In this document: piece after piece, positions 40,301 through 64,000 of the stretch | Layout: each line of letters opens with the position of its first letter | How positions within the stretch are numbered: position 1 is the first letter of the stretch | Assembly: GCF_009914755.1 (NCBI RefSeq) | Contig: NC_060929.1 | Reading direction: 5' to 3' (one strand) | DNA length: 64,000 nt | Origin: the human T2T-CHM13v2.0 reference genome, Homo sapiens | The notes under the pieces: generated by a model | What the model was told of the DNA's origin: nothing | The model's database searches: none | What the model saw: only the letters and a program-made list of their open reading frames with translations | Position numbers and translations under genes: made by a program

Positions 40301-40859
40301 TGTGTTGATTAATTTTATGTGTCAACTTGACTGAGCCACAGGGTGCCTGGATGTTTGGTCAAACATTATTCTGGATGTTTCCGTGAGGATGTTTACAGGT
40401 GAAAATAACATTTAAATTGGTACACTGAGTAAAGGAGATTACCCTCCCTAATATGGGTGGGCCTCATTCAATCAGTTAAAGGCCTAAATAGAACAAAATG
40501 ACTGACCCTTCCCCAAGTAAAAGAGAGTTTCTCCTGCCTGCCTATCTTTGAACTGGGACATTGGCTTTTTCTTGCCTTCAGACTCAAACTGAAACATTGG
40601 TTCTTTCTTTGTCTGGAGCCTGCTGGCCTTCAGACTAGAACTAAGTCATTAACTCTCCTGGGTCTCCAGCTTGCCAAGTCACCGTGGAGATTTTGGTACT
40701 TGTCAGTCTCTGTAATCATGAGAATTAATTCTTTATAATCTCCTCTCTCTCTCTCTACACACATACACACAAACATGTGTATATGTATATACATATATAA
40801 TATATATATATATATACAGCTTGCTGGTTCTGTTTCTCTGGAGAACCCTGACTAATACA
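40301..40859 (+). mobile_element. MLT2 (ERVL) solo LTR
   Basis: Begins TGTGTTGATTAATTTTATGTGTCAACTTGACT and ends CTGGAGAACCCTGACTAATACA. Confidence 0.85.
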
Positions 40860-41060
40860 ACTAATACAACATTATGCAGTAACTTAAATCCACATGAAAA
40901 ATAAAGAACACCAGTTATGATAACTATGTAGGTAAATATAAACATTAATATTAATGATATATTTTTTGTTTTAAACTCTTTATTTTCTATATGATTTAAA
41001 ATACAATCATAAAACAATGATCCTAAAACTATGTTGATGGGCATAGGTTGCATAAAGATG

Positions 41061-42960
<1,900 letters not shown>

Positions 42961-43997
42961 AAGAAATCAAATAAAATATCTTCTCCTACGAAAAAGGAAT
43001 GAAATTAGAAAGCAACAACAAAAAGAAATCTGGCAAATACACAAATATGTGGAAATTAAACAATGTACTTTTCAAGAACCCATAGGGCAAAGAAGAAATC
43101 AAAAGGGAAATTACAAAATATTTTAAGATGAATGAAAATGAAAATACAATGTACCCAAATTGATAGAATACAGTAAAAGCAGTGTTCAGAGGAAAATTTA
43201 CACCTTTACAGTTACATTTTAAAAAAAGAAAGATCTCAAATTAATAACCTAACCTTCCATTTTAAGGTGCTAGAAAAAGAAGAGCAAACTAAACCTAAAG
43301 CAAGAAGAAGAGAGGAAATAATAAAAGTTAGCGCAGAGATAAACAAAATAGAGAATAGAACAACAATAGAAAAGTTAAAAACTGACAAGCCTATAGTTTG
43401 ACTGACCAAAAGAGAAAGAGAGAGAAGACTCAAATTACTAAAATAAAAAATGAAAGTGGGGACATTACTACAGACCTTACCAACAAAAGATTATAAGAGA
43501 ATACTATGAGCAATGTATGCCAAAAAATTAGATAACTTAGATAACATTGACAAATTCCTAGAAACACATAAACTACCAAAACTGACTCAAGAGAAAATAG
43601 AAAACTACAGACCAATATACTTTATGAACATAGATGAAAAAGTCCTTAATAAAATACTAGCAAACCAAATACAGCAACGTATTAAAAGGATTATATTCCA
43701 TGACAAAGTGGGATTTCTCCCAGGAACGTAACAGTTATTAAACATACAAAAATTAATCTGTGGGGGGAGGAGCCAAGATGGCCGAATAGGAACAGCTCCA
43801 GTCTACAGCTCCCAGCGTGAGCGACGCAGAAGACGGGTGATTTCTGCATTTCCATCTGAGGTACCGGGTTCATCTCACTAGGGAGTGCCAGACAGTGGGC
43901 GCAGGCCAGTGTGTGCATGCACCATGCGCGAGCCGAAGCAGGGCGAGGCATTGCCTCACCTGGGAAGCACAAGGGGTCAGGGAGTTCCCTTTCCGAG

Positions 43998-44213
43998 TCA
44001 AAGAAAGGGGTGACGAACGCACCTGGAAAATCGGGTCACTCCCACCCGAATATTGCGCTTTTCAGACCGGCTTAAAAAACGGCGCACCACGAGACTATAT
44101 CCCACACCTGGCTGAGAGGGTCCTACGCCCACGGAATCTCGCTGATTGCTGGCACAGCAGTCTGAGATTAAACTGCAAGGCGGCAACGAGGCTGGGGGAG
44201 GGGCGCCCGCCAT
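43998..44213 (-). CDS. L1 ORF0 (antisense, 71 aa), intact
   Basis: MAGAPPPASLPPCSLISDCCASNQRDSVGVGPSQPGVGYSLVVRRFLSRSEKRNIRVGVTRFSRCVRHPFL*; Kozak GCAATGG; internal donors at 44108/44107 and 44023/44022. Confidence 0.85.
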   Translation of the reverse strand: MAGAPPPASLPPCSLISDCCASNQRDSVGVGPSQPGVGYSLVVRRFLSRSEKRNIRVGVTRFSRCVRHPFL

Positions 44214-44668
44214 TGCCCAGGCTTGCTTAGGTAAACAAAGCAGCCGGGAAGCTCGAACTGGGTGGAGCCCACCACAGCTCAAGGAGGCCTGCCTGCCTCT
44301 GTAGGCTCCACCTCTAGGGGCAGGGCACAGACAAACAAAAAGACAGCAGTAACCTCTGCAGACTTAAGTGTCCCTGTCTGACAGCTTTGAAGAGAGCAGT
44401 GGTTCTCCCAGCACGCAGCTGGAGATCTGAGAACGGGCAGACTGCCTCCTCAAGTGGGTCCCTGACCCCTGACCCCCGAGCAGCCTAACTGGGAGGCACC
44501 CCCCAGCAGGGGCACACTGACACCTCACACGGCAGGGTATTCCAACAGACCTGCAGCTGAGGGTCCTGTCTGTTAGAAGGAAAACTAACAACCAGAAAGG
44601 ACATCTACACCGAAAACCCATCTGTACATCACCATCATCAAAGACCAAAAGTAGATAAAACCACAAAG

Positions 44669-45685
44669 ATGGGGAAAAAACAGAACAGAAAAACTGGAAA
44701 CTCTAAAACGCAGAGCGCCTCTCCTCCTCCAAAGGAACGCAGTTCCTCACCAGCAACGGAACAAAGCTGGATGGAGAATGATTTTGACGAGCTGAGAGAA
44801 GAAGGCTTCAGATGATCAAATTACTCTGAGCTACGGGAGGACATTCAAACCAAAGACAAAGAAGTTGAAAACTTTGAAAAAAATTTAGAAGAATGTATAA
44901 CTAGAATAACCAATACAGAGAAGTGCTTAAAGGAGCTGATGGAGCTGAAAACCAAGGCTCGAGAACTACGTGAAGAATGCAGAAGCCTCAGGAGCCAATG
45001 CGATCAACTGGAAGAAAGGGTATCAGCGATGGAAGATGAAATGAATGAAATGAAGCGAGAAGGGAAGTTTAGAGAAAAAATAATAAAAAGAAATGAGCAA
45101 AGCCTCCAAGAAATATGGGACTATGTGAAAAGACCAAATCTACGTCTGATTGGTGTACCTGAAAGTGATGTGGAGAATGGAACCAAGTTGGAAAACACTC
45201 TGCAGGATATTATCCAGGAGAACTTCCCCAATCTAGCAAGGCAGGCCAACGTTCAGATTCAGGAAATACAGAGAACGCCACAAAGATACTCCTCGAGAAG
45301 AGCAACTCCAAGACACATAATTGTCAGATTCACCAAAGTTGAAATGAAGGAAAAAATGTTAAGGGCAGCCAGAGAGAAAGGTCGGGTTACCCTCAAAGGA
45401 AAGCCCATCAGACTAACAGCGGATCTCTTGGCAGAAACTCTACAAGCCAGAAGAGAGTGGGGGCCAATATTCAACATTCTTAAAGAAAAGAATTTTCAAC
45501 CCAGAATTTCATATCCAGCCAAACTAAGCTTCATAAGTGAAGGAGAAATAAAATACTTTATAGACAAGCAAATGCTGAGAGATTTTGTCACCACCAGGCC
45601 TGCCCTAAAAGAGCTCCTGAAGGAAGCACTAAACATGGAAAGGAACAACCGGTACCAGCCACTGCAAAATCATGCCAAAATGTAA
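44669..45685 (+). pseudogene. L1 ORF1 with premature stop R49* (TGA at 44813-44815); frame otherwise open; in-frame M91 at 44939
   Basis: ATG GGG AAA AAA CAG... GAA GGC TTC AGA TGA; the downstream 248-aa ORF retains the REKG, ARR and YPAKLS motifs. Confidence 0.92.
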
Positions 45686-45721
45686 AGACCATCGAGACTA
45701 GGAAGAAACTGCATCAACTAA

Positions 45722-49576
<3,855 letters not shown>

Positions 49577-49806
49577 ACAATGAGATCACATGGACACAGG
49601 AAGGGGAATATCACACTCTGGGGACTGTGGTGGGGTCGGGGGATGGGGGAGGGATAGCATTGGGAGATATACCTAATGCTAGATGACGAGTTAGTGGGTG
49701 CAGCGCACCAGCATGGCACATGTATACATATGTAACTAACCTGCACAATGTGCACATGTACCCTAAAACTTAAAGTATAATAATAAAAAAAAAAAATTAA
49801 TCTGTG

Positions 49807-54270
<4,464 letters not shown>

Positions 54271-54664
54271 TTTTCATATACTTTAGTAAAGCTGAAAGAT
54301 AAAATACAATGGCTGCCCTCAAGGAATGCAGGATCCAGTGACAAGGAAACTAAACCAGAGTTACAGAAACTATGGGGACCCAAAGCAGAAATCTCTCTCC
54401 CCTACCCAAGCCCAACTCAGAAATCCTCCTGTGACTGGTTACAGCTGATGCTTTTTAACTTGCATCCACAGCCTGAGTGACAGAAATCACAAGATCAGCT
54501 CACGATAAAGCCAAGCACTGGAGAAAATTTCACTTTTTTCAGAATGTTCTTCATGCATTTCATCTTATGTCTTCCTGCGGTACCGCAGCCTACCATTCCC
54601 AGCATGTGACCTTGGGCAAGTTCCTTGGCCTCTCTAATTCCCACTTTCTTCATATGAAACATGG

Positions 54665-55042
54665 TGATATGGTTTGGCTCTGTGCCCCCACCCAAATCTC
54701 ATCTTGAATTGTAATTCCCATAATCCTCACCTGTGGAGGGTGGAACCTGGTGGGAGGTGATTGGATCAGAGGGAGGTTTCCCCCATGCTGTTCTCGTGAT
54801 AGTAAGTGAGTTCTCACGAGATCTGATGGTTTTATAAGGGGCTGTTCCAGTTTCGCCCATTTGCGGTCTCTCTGGTCTGCTGCCATGTAAGACGTGCCTT
54901 TGCTTCTCTCTTGGCTTCTTCCATGATTGTTTCTTGAGGCCTCCCCAGCCATGTGTAACTGTGAGTCAATTAAGCCTCTTTCCTTTATAAATTGTCCAGT
55001 CTTGGGTATGTCTTTATAGCAGTGTGAGAATGAACTAATACA
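54665..55042 (+). mobile_element. THE1/MSTA-type MaLR solo LTR inserted in a MIR
   Basis: TGATATGGTTTGGCTCTGTG...GAATGAACTAATACA with a 5-bp TSD CATGG on both sides. Confidence 0.88.
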
Positions 55043-55514
55043 CATGGGTAATCCACATACCCAACTGCCAGGGTTGGTGTAAGGAGTGAAGGAATCATCT
55101 GTAACATAACAACAGATACCCAACTGACAGATAATACTTCTGGGAGGACTCAGTTTTATACCTTTATGAGTGTGAGTGTGTGTTTAGGATAACAGGCATG
55201 TAACACTCCTGATACTGAAAAAGAAAAGACAGAACTGAAACTCTGGGTCAGGAAACCACAGTCTTAAGTGAGATTGGGCACTTTTCCATCCCACTTACAT
55301 CCTGAGATCAAGAGAAAACCCCATTCCAGTTTACAGATGGGGCCATGAGACACAAAGGGCTAACTGATGACAAACCTGGTACTCCTGACTCCTAGTCCAG
55401 TGCTCTGACAACAAGGGCAGATTTGGGGGACAAAGGCCATGGAGGAACCAAAAATGGGAGCTAGAAATTGAGTAGAGGAGGTAATTGGGTGAGAAACTCT
55501 AAAAAGCCATAGCA

Positions 55515-57955
<2,441 letters not shown>

Positions 57956-59899
57956 TTAAACCCTCAGGGACTTCCCATTACTAGAATGAAATGCAAAGTC
58001 CTTTCTCTGGCCTGCATGAGTCTGCATGAGCCCTCTCTTCCCTCCCTAGCCTCATCTCCTACCTCCCTGCTAATGTGCTCCAGCCATCTGTCTTCCTGCT
58101 GTTCTTCAACCACACCAACTTCATTCCTGCTACTATACTTTCACACTTGCTGTCCCTCTGTTTAACTATCGCCAGCCCCCAGGCTTTCACATAGATGGCT
58201 CCTTTTCATCATTTAGCTCTCAAATGTCACCTTGTCAGACATATAAAGTGGCCCTCTCTCCCTGGCACTTCCTGAATCTCCCTGGATCACGTTAGTCCCT
58301 AGCCCTTATCACATCCGACATGGCCTTTGCTTGTCCAGTGACTCTTCCTCTGCTATCATGTATGTTCCTGGAGGGCAGAACCTTGTCTGTCACCTTCACT
58401 ATTAATCCTTAGTGCCTGGCATGGTGCCTGGCACATAGTGGTGCTCAATAAATATTTTTGGAAAGAATAAATCTTCAATCAATCCTATTCAGTAGGTTTG
58501 ATGATCACTTCCAATCTATAGAAAGGAAAACTGACTCCTAGAAAGATTAATTAACTTGCCCAATGGCAGGTAGCAGTAGAAGCAGAACTTAAACCCAGGT
58601 AGCCTGACTTTAGCATCTTAACACTGGGTTGTTTTGCTTCTACTACTTGCACTGAAGGCACTTACCACAATTTATAGTTGTTTTATTTGTTTGTTGTCTG
58701 ACCCTCCTAAATGTGTATGATGCTGCTAGAGCAGGGCTATGTCCTGCTCCCTGCTGTGCCACCAATACTTAGAACAGTGCCTGGCACATTGCAGCTGTGT
58801 GAGTATTTGCTGAGTGAATGAATAAACAACCAAATGAACAGACAAGTGAGGGATGACTGTGGAGGAATAGGGGGTGCCAGTGTGGCAGTTTCCCAGGCCC
58901 CAGCTGGATCCCAGTGCCCAGTCCAGCTGTACCCACGTAAAGGGATCTGCCAAGAGGTGGCTTTTCGCTGTTGCAGAAGGCATCTCTTGGGGCTGATGAC
59001 GGTGAGTCTCTCATTCTTAACAGCAAGAGTCACCCTGCTCCATGAATCTTCAAATTTGGGGTCATTTCCCACCTAAAGGCAGAGATTTGGCCTATGTTCC
59101 CAACCACAGCTGAGAGTCCAACCTGCCCCTCGGGTGACACACATGGCTCTGGGTAGATCCGTGTATACTGCCTCGATTCTACTCATTACATTATGTCAGC
59201 ACCTTTTTCAGCTTCTGAGAAACAGGAAGCATCATGATGTGTGGTGGGGCTTGAAGAAGATGATAAGAGACATAATCACATTTCTTTGGTTGGGGCACAG
59301 AGGGCTGGGGTTCCTGTTTGCTCTGACTCTAAAGTGTCACCTTTTCCCTTAAGCCAGAATGTTGGAGGATGAGGACTATTTAGACAACCTGCTTTCAAGG
59401 GGAAAGAAAAGAGCAGGGATCAGAGCCTTTAAAATTATTATTATGAAACATCATACATACAAAAAAATTACAATCTCTATGTATAGTTTAAAACATAACA
59501 AAAACCCATGTGTCCACCACCCAACTGAAGGGAACATTCCCTCTCCCCATGAAGGTGTCCCTCCAACAGCTTCCATGTCCCTCCCCACCAAAGGGAACCA
59601 TTATCCTTATTTTTTTGGTTAATCATTTATTTGTTATTCTTGTTTTATTATATATATAAATATCCTCTAATTATATATGATTTCATTTTTCCTATTTTTG
59701 CCCTCTTTATAAATGGAATCATGTTGGATGTATTTATTTAATATTTGCTTTTACTGGTCAACAAAATGTTTTCAGACTCATCCATGTTGATACATATAAC
59801 TGTAGTTTATTTATTTACTGTATTTACTTTACTATAATCTTCTAAATGAGTAAGCCATAATTTATTTATCTATTTTATTACTGATGGACATTTTGCAGA

Positions 59900-60674
<775 letters not shown>

Positions 60675-61384
60675 AGATGTTAAGAATAGGGAAAATTGGA
60701 TATGGAGTACGTGGGAACTTTCTGTACTATCTTCCCCATTTTTCTGTAAACCTGAAAGTTTTCCTAAAATAAGTTTATTTAAGAAAACAGTCTACTATGA
60801 TTGTGGTTGTTTATCTCTCCTGACGTTCATGGGCAAGAATTTCCCTAGAATATGCACTAGGTTGAAATTCGGGGTCATAAGGTACGTGCACGTTCAATTT
60901 TTTACTAAGAACTACATTTCAAAAGTACCATTTTACTCTTTTGTGGACAATGTGTAAGAATTCCTTTTACTTTACATCCTGGGCAAGAATTGTAATGTCT
61001 GACTTTTTAATTTCTGCCAGTCTGGTGGGTGTGAAATGTTATCTCACTGTGGTTTAATTTTGGATTTTCCTGACTACTAATAAGGTTGAACATCTCTTTA
61101 TATGTTTATTGGCCATTTGTGTTTCCTGTTCTAAGAAATACTTATTCATGTCATTTACCTTTTTTTTTTCTAGTGGGTAATTTATCTTTTTCTTACTGAT
61201 TAAGAGGATTTTGTTAGACATTCTTGAAACTAATCCTTAGTCATTTATATATGAAACAAATATTTGTCCTAGCTTGCGGTTTGTCTTTTCACTCTCCTTA
61301 TGGTAAATTTGATGAATATTGAATGTATCAGTCTTTTCCTTGGTGCTCTGCTCTTTGGGGGTTTTATTTATGAAATCCTTCCAT

Positions 61385-61870
61385 TCCATCTGGAAAGCTC
61401 CTATTTGCCTCTCCAGATCTGCTCTCCACCCCCTTTTAGCCTCTGTGTCCTGGGAGGCTGACCAGTATGAACTACATTAATAGCTTATTTGCCCACAGGT
61501 TCCCATTGGGTTTGACCATGGGAGCATTGACAGGTGATCAAAAGGTAGGAGGTGCGTGAAGCAAGGTATGTATGCCCTTAGCTCTCTCCTTGCAAGGTTG
61601 CTGCAAGCTGGTTGTGTCCCTTGACTTAAGGTCCCAGCTCTTGCCAATTGGCCGTCTGCATGTAGTGCTCTGTATCGCTGTAGTGCTCTGTATCTCTGTG
61701 TGCTCTGTATCTCTGAGTTTCAGTAAATAGTCCCTCTCCTGTTGCAGTTCCTGTTACCAGTCGCCAAGGGCTTTGTTTTCCCTACACTCTGTTCTTTTAT
61801 AATGGTCCCTTTATTAAATAAACTGCCTTAAGTTACTCAATATGAGTGTCCCTACTGTTTCCTGCTGGAT
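61385..61870. mobile_element. Probable ERVL LTR (LTR33-like), containing a short ~18-bp tandem repeat at ~61661-61716
   Basis: GGGAGGCTGACC...CCCATTGGGTTTG and CTTTATTAAA...CTGTTTCCTGCTGG motifs; TGTAGTGCTCTGTATC repeated about 3 times. Confidence 0.45.
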
Positions 61871-61935
61871 AAGCCCACTCCCAGGTCATATTTTCTGTTT
61901 TTAAATTAGTTTTTCACCGGTCTATCTGTCTACCC

Positions 61936-62148
61936 CTAGGATTTCTCAACCCTGCCACTACTGACATTTTGGATGGGAGAATTCTGCTGTGGAGGGCTGT
62001 TGTGTGTACTGTAGGATGTTTAGCAGCATCCGTGACCTCTACCCAGTAGATGCCAGTAGCATCCCCTCCTTCCCCTCCAATTCTGACAACCCCAAATTGC
62101 CAAATGTTCCCTTGGGGTTGGGGAATCACCCTCTGTTGGGAACTACTG
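61936..62148. mobile_element. MER20 DNA transposon
   Basis: TTTCTCAACC...CACTACTGACATTTTGG...GTAGGATGTTTAGCAGCATCC...CTCTACCCAGTAGATGCCAGTAGC hallmark. Confidence 0.85.
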
Positions 62149-62191
62149 TTATAACCCCTTGTCAAAACCACACTTAATTATTAAGGCTTGA

Positions 62192-63989
<1,798 letters not shown>

Positions 63990-64000
63990 TAAAAAGTGAT

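Noticed and set aside
44939-45685. 248-aa ORF as an independent gene
   Set aside because: It is the C-terminal part of L1 ORF1, downstream of the R49* nonsense codon.

Overview
Human genomic DNA at the IRF1 locus (5q31.1, recognised from the protein). The complete 10-exon IRF1 gene lies on the minus strand: TSS ~20551, ATG 19256, stop 13734, spliced CDS 978 nt = 325 aa, with all GT-AG junctions read from the sequence. It has a CpG-island promoter carrying GAS, CCAAT, GC and kB elements, and two candidate poly(A) sites. Downstream are a probable plus-strand terminal exon of the convergent lncRNA IRF1-AS1/CARINH (C5orf56) and a MER81 transposon with three kB sites. About 6 kb upstream is a second CpG island rich in GAS/ISRE/kB motifs. 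The right half is nested transposons: old L1M remnants, many Alus, MLT2, THE1/MST, Tigger3a, MER20, and a full-length young L1 (43763-49791) with intact ORF2 and ORF0 but a single nonsense codon in ORF1. The most striking inference is that this L1's antisense promoter points at IRF1, and the first ORF0 splice donor is in frame with IRF1 exon 2, predicting an ORF0-IRF1 fusion protein. Repeat family names and subfamily diagnostics come from recalled consensus sequences, not from a search.
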